This document shows positions 11,710 through 24,778 of a stretch of DNA of 64,000 nucleotides, piece after piece (position 1 is the stretch's first letter; the number at the start of each line of letters is the position of its first letter). The translations under genes were made by a program, and so were the position numbers. The DNA is from Vitrella brassicaformis CCMP3155. Its lineage: Eukaryota; Protista; Chromerida. Location: NCBI GenBank assembly GCA_001179505.1, contig CDMY01000280.1, forward strand, positions 1 to 64,000. The letters are read 5' to 3'. The notes below the pieces were generated by a model. The model was not told the DNA's origin. It did not search any database and saw only the letters and a program-made list of their open reading frames with translations.

Positions 11710-13837
11710 TCAGCCCTCGCCGCCGTCCCCATTCTGTTTGGGCATCTTGAGCAGCTCGCGAATGAACGACCCCGACCGTGGCGGCGCCCCACCCACACCC
11801 ACCGGCAATGACCTGAAGAAGCAGAGAGACGGACAGTGGTGTGTTTGGGGTGTGTGAGGATGGTCTTACGGTGCCGTCATTTGGCGCATGTCTTGCCGCC
11901 TTTGGATGGCATCCCTAGCACCATCGGGCAGCCCCCTCTCTGCACAGACACCGAACCCACACACACAGACAGCCGCACAGTGTGTTCACAGGTGCGGCGA
12001 ATTTCATTTCTCTCTCTCTCTTTCTCTCTCACCGATTGCCTCGACACAGTCGCCCACAGGCTTCCCCTGCCGCAGTGCCTCGACCAGGTTGTCATAGGCC
12101 TGCGAATACTCCTGTCCACACAAACAGAACCAAACCACACACACGTCATGCACTGAGCAGCCCTCTGTGGTGTGGTGTCACCGACCCTGCCACCCACCTT
12201 GAGCAGCAGCACGGCCTGCGTGACGGCCCATCGGGCCTGCAGAGTGACGCGTGGCAGCGACCAGGGCGGAAAGATGTCCCGACCAAGGAACAAGCGCTGC
12301 AGCAAGTGACAAGACACACACATACAGATGAGCACTCAGGTGGGTGTGATGCCTCCTCTCTCTCCACTGACGGCGCCCATGTCATGATCTCACCAGTGCG
12401 GCCTCGTCGCTCCTGCCGCCCTCTGCGTTGCCGAACTGCAGTGCCTCTGCGGCGATGCCGGCCATGGTGATGATGGACAGCCTGTCGATGGTCTCACGCC
12501 TCAGCTGCCCGCGCATCACCTCCTCCTTGATCTCAGGCACGAAAAAGATCGTACCTACACACACACAGAGAGAGAGAGGGAGATACAAATACATCGTGCC
12601 CACCGTCTGTGTGCGGTTGTCTGTCTGACCTCCCTGTCCGGCGACGAGTGCCTTCTCTTTGAAGAGCTGCGGCACCGTCACGATGCACCGCTGGATTGGG
12701 GCCCCCAGCAGGTAGCCGATGAGGAAGTGGCCCGCCTCATGCTTGACAATCCTCTCCTGGTAGGGGGGAAAGACCACCCGCGCGACGCTCTCCGACAGGA
12801 CGGACCGGAAGAAGAGGGAATCCACCAACACCACACCACACTGATGGTGGGTGACACACATCGATGGATGGGCGGCTATGGTGTGTGTGTCATGGGCTGT
12901 TTTCTCACCTCTAGAGGCACGAGAATGTTAAGCGTCTCAGGGGGCAGCAGGGCGATCTGCGCCAGGGCGAACGCCACACCGCTGAGACACACACGCAGAC
13001 ACACACCATCCAGCGAAGTGAGACCCGTAGTGCTGTGCTTGTGGCTGCTGATTCGGTCATGACTTACGCGACGGACCAGAAGACCCCCGAGCCCTTAGGT
13101 GTGAGCTTGTCGATGGTGAAGTTGGTGTACTTCTCGATGTTGGCATTCTGCAGCTCCACGTTGGTCTCCGCCTGGCCAGCCACCGGCCAGCACCCAGACG
13201 TCCCGCACAAGCCATACCCCCTGACAAACACACAGACACATGGTGGTTCCGGTCCACTCGCCTCTTGATGCATCTCTCTGGCTCACTTGAGGGCCCCCGC
13301 CTCGCTCAGTATCCGAAACAAATGAGAGATGTCCGACTGCGCCGACTCCAGCGCCTGGATCCCCCTGTCATTGTAGACCGACAGCGAGTTGAGCAGCCGC
13401 TTCGCAACCACATCACCGCCAGGCCCTGCCAGCCCGCCCGATGACTCCAGCCGACTGCACACGTCCCTCAAGTCGCCCTTGGTGATGCCTTCCTGACAGT
13501 CCTTAAGCAACGACTGCTGCTCCACAGACAGCCCGGCATCGGTATCGGTAGGCACTCGCATAGCGAGGGTGCTGTGCCGCCTTGTCGGTGCCCTGTGGGC
13601 CGTGTGGATGTGTCTGAGGGGAGCTGGCGGGACGAAGGAGGGGAGGGAGGGGGATGCATCGGCTGGCCACGCTGAGATGCAAAGATAGAGAACGACGGCC
13701 GCCAGCAGAGAAGCTGCGAGAGGGTGCCGTCTTCTGGTATGCCTTTTGCGGGCAGCATCATGGCGCGTCGACTCGTTCGAGGTGCACTCATGTGCACATT
13801 GCCGCCGTCGTGGTGCAGACCGCTGCGAGATCTGCAT
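11710..13837 (-). CDS. Plastid-targeted M41/FtsH-type zinc protease domain protein without AAA domain (VIR3-like)
   Basis: YQERIVKHEAGHFLIGYLLGAPI, IITMAGIAAEALQFGNAEGGRSDEAAL, QARWAVTQAVLLLK, YDNLVEALRQGKPVGDCVEAI. Hydrophobic signal followed by SFVPP and an Arg/His-rich transit-like stretch; last exon ends TGA at 11710. Confidence 0.8.
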
Positions 13838-14053
13838 GTCGCCTTTCTTGAGTAGAACTGGAGTCAGAGTCGCGCAGTTTCTTCAGTTTTTTCGAGATCC
13901 TGCTGTAGTACAGCTCTTCAACAATCAGGATGTGTGTTTGTTGCCGGAGAGACAAAAAGGCGCGCGATGGTCAAAGGGTCGCCTGTCTTAAGAGCAGTTC
14001 CGCCGTAAAATGGACTTTGAAGTCTGAAGTGTCGCAGCGAAATCGCATCCGAT

Positions 14054-15433
14054 ATGCTCGCAACAGAAGCTCTCGGTGGTCCTCCTCCTTTCACTATGCC
14101 CTCTCCGCACCTCCGCCAGCCCCCCTACCAACCTCCGCCCCTCCTCTCCTACCGGACAGTTCCCTCGGCTCCCGGAGCCCCCTCTCCCCACCCCATCAAG
14201 ACAGACGGTGCCTACGTGGTCAAGGAGGAGCCGGGCGTGCCTTCCGGGACGGCCAACCGCGCTGAGACACGCAAACGACCTCTCGAGGAGGCTGTCGGTG
14301 CTGAGGAAGGGCAGAGCGGCGAGCAGGAGTCGCTGGGCAAGTTGCTGTCGCTCCACCGGAGCCACTCGTTCTCTCATGTGGTGGATAAGTCGGCCGATGT
14401 CAAGACTGCCGTTCCATCGCCGTCGAGCAGCCTCAGCGGGACGTCTGGCCTAGGTGGTGTTGGTGTTGGTGCGTTGAAGGAGACCGATGGCGCGACGACG
14501 GCCATTCAGGAGCAGGGAGGGGTGGGAGGGCAGGGGGACGGGCAGGGGAGTAGTGGTGTTGCTGCGCGTCGCCTGGCTGGCGACAAGATGTTGAAGTTTG
14601 GTGACGTCACGCTCATCGCGGGCAAGCCGCGAAAGTGGCGAAAGGTACGCACTCACGCACGCACGATAACACAACACACACGATGCCCAACATAAACACT
14701 CCTGTATGTCTGTCTGTCTGTGTCACTGTGTGCAGGTGTCAGTGATCGGGGGCCATTTCTCCCGTGTCAAGTGGATCGCGGTGCCGTTCTCCGAGGACGA
14801 CGAGTTCCGCCAGGTACAATGCCGAATGCGATGGCCGCCACTCGGCCTCGCACGATCCAGGAGCGTCGCGTGAATGAATGGCCCGAGGACCGGATCCATC
14901 ATCCTGTCTGCCTGCCCGTGTGTGTCTGTCTGTCTGTATGTCCAGAGTCTAGTGAGGTATGTGCAGCCTGACGAGGGGGGGCAGGGGACTAAGGGTAAGC
15001 GGGGCCGCAAGGCGGCGGCGGCGGCTCAGCAGCAGGCCACCGAGTACTCGAGGGCCAGAGAGTGCGCCGCGGCGCTGCACGCCTCCCTGCATGCCAGGGT
15101 AACCACACACATACACACCCACAGACACACACAGGATGGTCGCTATGTCGATGGGCTGCGTGGATGTGCGTCGGTGGACTCTAGTCACTTTAAAGCGCTT
15201 CTCGGACGGACTGGCCATATTATTGGCGTGATGCGTGTGTATTATTCTCTCTTGTTCAGGGCGTGCCGACGGCCGCAGCGGCGTCGTCTGCTCCGCTGGC
15301 TCACCACGCTGCTGCATCAGCGGTGAGAAGGACCGGTGGGTGTGCGTGGGGGCGACAGATGGATGGATGGATGTGTGTGGTGTCGTGTGGATTATGTGGG
15401 TGTGCGTCCATGCAGTACCTGCAGCAGCCCTAG
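14054..15433 (+). CDS. Hypothetical low-complexity Pro/Gly-rich protein, 5 exons
   Basis: Exon 14054-14643 splices in frame to VSVIGGHFSRVKWIAVPFSEDDEFRQ, SLVRYVQP...KRGRK, GVPTAAAASS and YLQQP-stop; basic KRGRK and KPRKWRK motifs suggest nuclear localisation. Confidence 0.55.
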
Positions 15434-17963
15434 CTCAGCTCACCTCCGCTCATCAGCCACACCCACCTGTAAACAAACAAGAAGAGAGCAGAGAGGAGAA
15501 GAGCGTGCAGCCAGTCCATCCATCCACAGATGTGCAGTCGACACACACACACACACACATTGATTGATTGATGGTTGGTTGGCTGCTTGGTTGGTTGCTG
15601 TGAAGAAGAATACGTTCACTCACTCAGTCACTCACTTGCGCGTTTTTGATGAACCTGGCTGCCTGGCTGCCTGCTGGTTGCTTGCCTGTGAGTGGATGGA
15701 TGGGTGGGTGTCGGTTGGGTGCGGCTGGTCTGTCGGATGGATGGATGTGTTTTGACGAGACAGCCGCCCACCCATGGCATGGCCAGCCAGCGGTACGTAA
15801 GGAAGTTGATGGATTGGTTGGTTGATCGATTGATGCGTGTGTGAGGTGTGTACAAGTAAGTGGACACCTGGCATGATCGAACCGCTGCGTGTCTCGTCCG
15901 TCATGCGTCTATCCCATCCACTCACTGATTGCCTGATGGATGGATCCATGGATGGATGGATGGAGTACTTGTAAAGATTGCTTGCCCGTGCTGTGCTCGT
16001 CTGTGTGGGAGAAATCCATCCATCCATCCACCGAATGACTGAGATCAAGGCTTGCGGCGGCTATACAAACATTCACCCACCGACGTCAGTCAAGTTGAAG
16101 TCGGTCCATCGTCAGTCAGTCAACACATACATGTACACGACATGGGGGCAGGCACTACAAAATCAGCACCAGCAGCGAACCACAGACGGACAGACAACCA
16201 ACCAACCAATACGAAAGCCAAATGGCTGGGCGGGGGCGCACTCGCTCACAGGCCGCCCAGCTGGCAGGCTGGCTGGCTGAGGCTGACTATAAGAAAGAGG
16301 TGTCTCTTCCCTCCACTCCTGTCCTGTCCTGTGTGTGCGTGTGTGTGTTGTTGCCCTGTCCGTCCGTCCCTATGAGCACTAGCAGGCAGCTAGATGCAGC
16401 CTATGGGCTCGCTTTCCGAGCCACTTATCCATCCATATGGATGACTGACATGCACTGCACCTGGCTGGCTGGCTGGCTGCCGATGGGCAATCGACTCACA
16501 GATGAACAGGCAAGTCCCCCGGGCCGTGTCGGCCGCCCGACAGCCAATTGACGGTCAGTCCTTCGTCTGCTCGCTCTACATGACATGACATGACGTGTGG
16601 TCCTTCCTCTCCTCCTCTGTCTCATGAGAAGTCTGTCTGAGTGAGTCGGCGAGTGCAGTGAGTCAGTCAGTGTAGTCAGTGTCGGCTGGTGAGTGGCTCG
16701 GCTTGGCTCGCCCTTTACACACACACACACACACAGGCCTTTACAAACACCACAGACACACACACAGAGAATACAGGCAGACAGAAGCATGTTGTGGATG
16801 GATGGATGGATGGCGCACAAATAGTCATCCCTCCCTCTCTGTGCACTCATGTGCAGCTGACAGCCAGTGGTCTGTCTGTCTGTCTGTCTGAGTGGTAGCT
16901 AGCTAGATACACCAGTAACTAGGCGGTAATGAAGTAGAAGCTGTGTGTGAGTGAAGGGTAGAGGAGCGTTGCTTCAGTCGGTATCTGTGTGTGTGAGTGT
17001 GTCGGTGCGTCGGTGCGTTGGTGTGTAAGTGTGCATCAGAAAGCAAGTACGGCAGTCCTTAAGGGCTGGCTTCTCTTGACCCCAAAAATGGAATGGAAAA
17101 CAGTCAGTCGTACGTTTCTCTGGATTCGACTGGACTGCACTGGGCTGGGCTGTCTGAAATATCCACTCATCCCCTCATCCATCCGTCCACGGATGCTCAG
17201 AAGAGCAAAAATGGTAAGCGTCAGGGCTTCGTATGGGCTTCATATGGAGTCCTCCCCGCTCTCTCGTCTCGTTGTTCGCATGGTTCAGCCAGGCGCACCC
17301 AACGGCCTCTTGCTGAGCCTGGTCAGAGGCCAGCAGAAGGACATTGATTACGCCGTGCCAAACCACTGGGGACAAGGGACCAAGAGAGTGGAGTGAGTGC
17401 CACCATCTATCTCATGTCGACCATTGATTCATTCCTCTGCTGTTCTTGTCTTGCTCCCTTGCCCCCAAGACACACAGGCGCAAGAGAGAGAGAGAGAGAG
17501 AGAGAAGAACCACACACAACACACACGCAGACCCTCAAAATGTCGGCCAGGCCCAGCCAGGCCATGCACCAAAGGAAAGAAAGCAAGCAACAGGGCAATA
17601 TAGGCAATATAATGGGGCGGGTGGGGTGGGGCGGGGTGGGATGGCTGGCTGCAAAACTGTCGCTGTATCAGGGAGGGATGGTGTGTGGTGTGTGGTGGTT
17701 CATGCTGGTCATCAGTCAGTTATGGACAAGCCACTAGCACCACACCACAGCACAGCACAGCATATCACGCCAGACAGAGCACAAGTGCAAAAAGCTCTCA
17801 CACTCGTCCAATCCACTTGTGCGAACACACACCATATATACCGAAAAAACGAATTAACACACCCATCCATCCAATGGCATCCATCCAATGGCATCCATCC
17901 CCCGACATACTGTCAAAACAAAAACAACTTTCTGTCTGTCTCCTTGCAGCTAGGTGGCGTCAC

Positions 17964-20279
17964 TCACACGAGCCCTGCCGGCGTCATCTGCGGCAGTGGA
18001 GGCGAAAAGCCCCTTCCCACCGCAGACCGCTCCCCGCCGACCGCCCGGCTGTGCGCACTCTTCTCCCGAACCACCTCTCCCTCTCTGGTCTCATTATTCC
18101 CACCGCTGCTAGTGGACGGCAGCAGCCCAGGCGCGTTCCTGGACACGCCCATGCCCATGCCCATGCCCACCCACGGGAGCACCTGCGCCAGCAGCCCCCT
18201 GCCCATGCCTATTCCCCGCCCCCTCCCCCTACCCTTGTCCGCCCTGCTCTTGTGCAGCTTGTCGTAGGTGACGTCTTCCGACGCATTGGCCTGTTGATGG
18301 CTATGGGGGTCGTCCAGTGGTGTGGGTGAGTCGGGGGGCGAGAGGTGGTGGTCTGAAGGTGACGAAGGCATGTAGTCGGGGTGGTGGGATGATGGTTTGA
18401 GGGGAGGGGGGCGGGGGCGGTCGAGCAGCCTGTTGGTGGACGGGAGGGGGCTGCCAAGGCCGTCGAGGGGCATCGCTGCTGCTGCTGACGATGGGGCCGC
18501 ATCCTCCCCACTGCTGGCGAATGGCGGGACTTGATGCACACGGAAAGGGGAGCCGTTCGATGTGGTGGAGGGGTCGGAGGAGCTCCCCCTGCCGACGAGC
18601 GTGCAGTCCATCGACGTGATGCTGCTCTCACTGCTGGTGGTGGAGATGCCCGTGCCGTCCTCCCCCTCCATCTCCGCTGTGCTGCACCGGGTGCTGCTCG
18701 TGGGGGAGGAAGCGTCGTTGCTGCCAATGACAATCCTCTTCCCCCCGTGTGAGCTGTGGTGGACGTCCACCAGATGGTAGCCCGTCGGTAGCCGGTAGGA
18801 GGACGCCGCAAGAGTCACAGCGGGGGCGGGGGGCGGTGCTGCTGCGCTGTCGCCAGTGTACTCGAGCTCGCCTGTCGTCTCCGACGGCTGCTCGGCTGTC
18901 ATGTTGTCGGCGGTGTCTGCAGGCCTTTGTTTCGCTACTGCAGGCAGCGGCAGCACGGCGGACGACTGTGGGTGTGGGTGTGGGTGTGGGTGTGGGTGTT
19001 GCCGCAGCTTCAGCCATGTCTTGGCGAAGACGGCAGCGAAGACCGACACGACGGCGGCCCACTGCATGGGCCGCAGTGATGTGTTGAACCAGATGACGGA
19101 CACCAGCACCATGAACAGCTTTCGCGTCGTGGTTATGAGGGAGGTGTGGAGGGCGCCGAGAGTGCGTATGCCGATGTAGGTGAAGCCCTGGCCGAGGGCC
19201 CCACAGGCGCAGAAGAGCCCCACCAGGTGGTAGACGTTGGGGTGGCGGATGGTGAAGGCCCAGAGGCCGGCGCCCTCGAAGACGAGCACGCCGATGCCGG
19301 CGAAGATGAGGGAGAAAAAGTTGATGCAGCACATCATCTCCCACGACGAGAAGTGACACCGGGTGGCAATCTTGTCCTGCCGAGAACTGATTGGCCGACA
19401 CATGAATGACACAGAGACAGACACACAGACAGACAGACACACAGACAGACAGACAAAAGTGTGTGTGTGTGTGTGTGTCCGATGATCTGACTGACTCACT
19501 CCCTCCCTCACCCAGTGAGCCCATCGCATGCCAGTGATATGAGCAGCAGCACGTTGCCTGTGAGCGTGCTCACAGCGTTGCCATCGTTCCGAACCTTGCT
19601 CAAGTTGAAGCTACACACACACACACACATCCATTTCTCCCCCTCTCCCCTTCTCCCCCTCTCCACCTCCACCCATCGGGCTGCTTACATGCCAAGGCTG
19701 CCCACGAGCCACACCACAATGACCGCCTCCGCCAGGCTGTATCTTCGCGAGCCCATCCACAGTGACAGCAGCAGGATGCTCACGGGCTTGGCGCACTTGG
19801 CGAGCGACTGAGTGGGGTAGTCCACTAGAGTGAGCGAGTGCCACGAGGCGAATTTGGCCAGCACCAGGGTGAGGGCCGTGAGGATGAACTCGGTGAGCGC
19901 CGGGCGGTCCAGCCGCTTTGTGAGGGACGACACCAGCCGATGGGGGGCGCCGCTGTGCTGCAGAGTGAGCACCGCTGACGCCTGAACCAACGAACAAGCG
20001 GAGCAAAGAAGAAAGAGCACACAGAGGAATGTGAGCCAGGGATGGGGGCTCTTGATTACATACCATGGCGACATTGGCGATGCACGAGAGGAAGAGCAGG
20101 CTGTACGTGAAGGTGAACTGCTCTGTGGCCTGCTGCCCACCGCCTCCGCCACCGCCACCGCCCGACGACCCATCCCCGGTGTCCGCCGAGAACTGGTAGA
20201 GCTGCTGCTGCACGATGCCATGCGCAAAGAAGAACGAGTAGATGCCCCCAGCCACCAACAGCACCGTACACAAACTCAT
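17964..20279 (-). CDS. UAA-family nucleotide-sugar transporter (SLC35B1-like) with long low-complexity C-terminal tail
   Basis: GIYSFFFAHGIVQQQL, VDYPTQSLAKCAKPVSILL, GNVLLLISLACDGLT, GALGQGFTYIGIRTLGALHTSLITTTRKLFMVLVSV are hallmark UAA/SLC35B motifs. Confidence 0.9.
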
Positions 20280-20727
20280 CGACGCTTCTCTCCACTACTC
20301 CAAAACCTCCCAAATGGCTCCCTCCCGGGCACACTCATCCCTGTGGGCACATGCCCCTCCTCGGCGTAACAACTGCAGCCGCCCAGAGCCCACAACCCCC
20401 TCTCGCATCAACGGTTCCTTGACGGCTGTTGGAAGTTGGAACCGCACTTGGCCGTCAGAGACGAAACTGACTCTCTGGGAGGCTGCGGAAGGGCACAAAG
20501 AACGAACACCGCAGCCGAATTCTTCGCGGAGCGATCCGAGTTTCGGCTCGCAGTGAGCTTGGCTTGCTTAGAGGCTCTTTGTGGAGGGTGCAGGAGGCGC
20601 ACCTGCCTCTGTGCTGTGAAGGCCTCAGTTTCCCTTGCGTGATCCGCGTTTCTTTTGGTGGGTGGCATGGGTTGGTTCTGGTGAGGCTGCTGCTGGTGCT
20701 GGGCTGGTGCTCTAGGGCTAGGGAGAG

Positions 20728-21041
20728 ATGAAGACCGCTCCCAGCGATGCGGCTGCGCCCCTGCACGACGGGTGAGCAACAAAACACAAACCGAAATCAG
20801 TCAAGGAGTGTCGTGTTTGTTAACCTCTGTTGATACTGGTTGGTTTGTGTGGTTGGCTGTCTGTCTGTTTGTCTGCCTGTGTGCTTGTGTGCCTGTGTGT
20901 GACCGTGATTTGTGTGTTGGCCTGGCAGGGGGCAGTCGAAGCTTTATCAGGCAGAGATACGAGTACTCGGTAGGCACACCCAACACACTTATTGGCCAAA
21001 CCGCGGAGTGTGATCTGATCTTCTCTGCACTGTGAGTGTGT

Positions 21042-21073
<32 letters not shown>

Positions 21074-23337
21074 AGGTATGACGTGCGCGTCGTGTGTGTC
21101 GACGGTCGAGCGGCGTCTGAAGGGCATGGATGGCGTCACCGATGCGGCCGTCAACCTGGTCATGCAGAAGGCCGTCGTCACATTCGTCGACACACCGGTG
21201 AGGACGCCGGCCCAGTGAAGCTCCACTGTGGTGCAGTGGTTGCTTGTGTGTGTGTGTGTGTGTGTGTGGCCTGTGGATGGATGGATGTGTCTGTTAGTCT
21301 GGCCCGTCGGCCGAGGACATATGTGAGGCGATAGAGGACGTCGGCTTCGACGCTGAGCTCCTGGCGTGTGTCAAACAGACACCGCCATCTGCATCACCCA
21401 CCGCCACACAGGTGGTGGATGATTTGTTTGCTGATACTGATACGTCGATCGAGCCGTCGGTCGCGGCACTCTGTGTGTTGTCTTGTCGTGTGTCAGGCGT
21501 CTGTGTCTAAGCCAGCCAGTCCGATGGCTGGCAGTGGTGGGGGCACCGGCGCCAAGCACGACCACAAACCTGCCACGAGAGAAGCAGAGCTCAAGATCAC
21601 CGGTGCGTTCGCGAAAAGCAGACACATACACACACACACAGAAAGAGAGAGAGGGGCCCCCATGTGTGTGGCTGTGTGTGCCTGGGATGGGCAGGGATGA
21701 CCTGCGCGTCGTGTGTCAAGACGATAGAGGGTCACCTGCGTCGCGTGTCTGGCGTGGCGAGTGTGGCCATCAACCTGGTGCTCGAGAGGGGCAGGGTCAC
21801 CTTCGACCCTTCACTCATCAACGCGCAGGTACATAGACGCCAGAATCATCATCATGTCCTGTACCATCAATCGGTGGCTGCGTCCCCCCCTCAGAGCCTA
21901 TGTGAGGAGATTGAGGACGTGGGCTTCGACGCGGAGGTCATGAGCGAGCGGAATATTGACGAAAGCGTGCAGGTCCGTCAGGGGGGGAGATAGAGAGGGC
22001 GATGCGAGCCACACGGACCACCACCTGCCTCTGAGATTGATGCCCTTGGTGCGTCTGGTCTGTTTGTTCAGTCGGCCACGGCGGTGTTGGCGGTTCGTGT
22101 GGACGACATCCACCACAAGCCCACAGCCGACAAGGCCATCGCATACATCAAACAGGTACACACACACACACGCGCTTCCACGCAATGCTGCCCTTCATAT
22201 CCGTGTGTGTGTGTGAATCAGCTGCCTGGCGTGTTGGGGTGTGTCCGTGCGCGGCGGAGCAGCCACGTGCGCATCACCTACAACCCACACCTCATAGGGG
22301 CCCGGCAGCTGCTCCAGCGAATTGCGGATGAGGGCGGCATCGACGGACAGTGGGCACCGGCAGACGACCTGCAGGCAAGCAACCNNNNNNNNNNNNNNNN
22401 NNNNNNNNNNNNNNNNNNNNNNNNNNNNNNNNNNNNNNNNNNNNNNNNNNNNNNNNNNNNNNNNNNNNNNNNNNNNNNNNNNNNNNNNNNNNNNNNNNNN
22501 NNNNNNNNNNNNNNNNNNNNNNNNNNNNNNNNNNNNNNNNNNNNNNNNNNNNNNNNNNNNNNNNNNNNNNNNNNNNNNNNNNNNNNNNNNNNNNNNNNNN
22601 NNNNNNNNNNNNNNNNNNNNNNNNNNNNNNNNNNNNNNNNNNNNNNNNNNNNNNNNNNNNNNNNNNNNNNNNNNNNNNNNNNNNGGGGGGGGGGGGGGCT
22701 CTGTGTGCTGTCGTGCTTACGTCGAGCCTGTGTCTTGCGTGTGTGTCTTATGGTGGTCAGGAGGACGCCAAATCGGGTGCGCTAGGCGAGGAGCGGTCCC
22801 TCCGCCGTGACTTCCTCTCCTGTCTGGTGCCGGGCGGCGTCGTGTTGGTGCTGGCGATGCTCTACAGCAGACACTCCATGCCCCGGTGGCTGGGGAGAGA
22901 GATGCTGCCGGGGGTGTCGGTGTGCGCCGTGCTCATGTTCATCTTTGCCACGCCCATTCAGTTCGTCTTTGGGAGACGCTTCCATATTGGCGCTTACAAA
23001 GTGAGAGAGAGCGACACAGACGCGCGGACACACACACAGAGGGAGGGAGGGAGGGAGGGAGGGAGAGAGGGAGGGAGGGAGAGAGGGAGGGAGAGAGGCA
23101 AGCAGACACACAGAGAGAGTGTGGCATTCGTTGTGTCAGGCGATGATACACGGGTCGCCCAACATGGATGTGTTGATCTCATTGGCGACCAACCTGACGT
23201 TCGGCTACTCCACCCTGGTGCTCATCATCTCCTTCTTCCAGCACCTCGTCGAGCCACACAAACCCAAACCATGTGCCACACACTCAGGACCCTAAACACC
23301 ACACGAGGCGCCTGCCCTTTCCGCCATTGATCTCTCC

Positions 23338-23372
<35 letters not shown>

Positions 23373-23737
23373 TGTGTGCGTCTGATCTCAGCCCATGCGG
23401 TCGACCCGGCTCACTTTTTCGACACGTCTGCCGTGCTCATCACTGTCGTCATGCTGGGCAAGGTGAGACACACACACACACACACAGCTGGACACGAAGA
23501 CGCACACGCATGTGTGTGTCATACGACATCCCAGATGCTCGAGGGCCGTGCGAAACGTCGCACGATGGAGGCCATCGACAGGTATACACACGCACATACA
23601 CACACTCACCCTCACAGACACACATGTGCCTGCCTGGGTGTTCGGTGTGTGCGTGTGTGCGCCAGCCTGCTGGCCCTGCAGCCACACACAGCGACACTGG
23701 TCGAGGGAAAAGACGGGTACACACACACACACACACG

Positions 23738-23774
<37 letters not shown>

Positions 23775-24745
23775 GGGGCCACCCCCACAGGTATACTCGA
23801 CATTTCGGTGTGTGGTTGTGCCAGCGACTCGAGCGACGGCCGTGTGCGCGAGATCCCGTTCGAGCTCATCCAGGTGGGCGATCTGCTCAAGGTCTTCCCG
23901 GGCGGACAGATACCCGTCGACGGCATCAAACAGGTATTGACCGCTTTACCACACACACACACACACACACACAATGACGCCGCCCCTGTGCGTGTGTGGG
24001 TGTGCTATAGAGTGCTGGGTACACGTCTGTTGACGAGAGTCTGATAACTGGCGAGAGCAAGGCCGTCGAGAAGGCCGTGGGCGACGTGGTGCTTGGTGGC
24101 AGCACATGCCTTGCTGGACACGTCATACTCAGAGCCACACAAGTAACCGACCTTCACTGACACACACACACACACACACACAGAGAGAGAGAGGGAGAGG
24201 GTGTGTGTGGTTCGGGGTGCATGGCCTCTCTGTTTGTGTGTGATAGGTCGGTTCGAGCACCACCTTGGGTCAGATCATCTCTCTGGTGGAGCAGGCGCAG
24301 ACGTCCAAGGCTCCCGTGCAGCAAACCGCCGACAAAATCGCCAGGTTCACTCACACACACACACAGACGCCTACACACCACACGAGCGTATGCACTCCCC
24401 CTTTCTCTCTCCTTGTTGTGTGTGTGTGTGTGCAGGCATTTCGTGCCATGTGTGCTGTGTGTGGCCGTCGTCACGTGGGTGGTCTGGTTCTCGCTCACCT
24501 TCAGTGGCACGGTCGAACCCAACTTGGCCGGGGTAGGGCACCTTCCGTCAGGCTGCTCTGCTAGGACACACAGAAACCGAAAAGAGAGAGAGCGTGTGTG
24601 TGTGTATATGTGTGTGTGTAGATGGCAACAGCACACGAGGCGCACCCCCTCTCAGTCAAGTTCATGTTCGCCATGAGATTCGGAATTGCCGTCCTCGCAA
24701 TCGGTCTGTAACCCCTCCCTCCAACTCCCTCTCTCTCTCCTCCTC

Positions 24746-24778
<33 letters not shown>

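Noticed and set aside
15440-17900. Long gene-poor stretch with ORF 16989-17396 as a hidden gene or transposon
   Set aside because: It is dominated by GGAT/CA/GA simple repeats; no domain, terminal repeats or convincing splice chain was found
22084-23330. Long ORFs spanning N runs (also 37874-38652 and 58996-60661)
   Set aside because: Artefacts of translating assembly gaps
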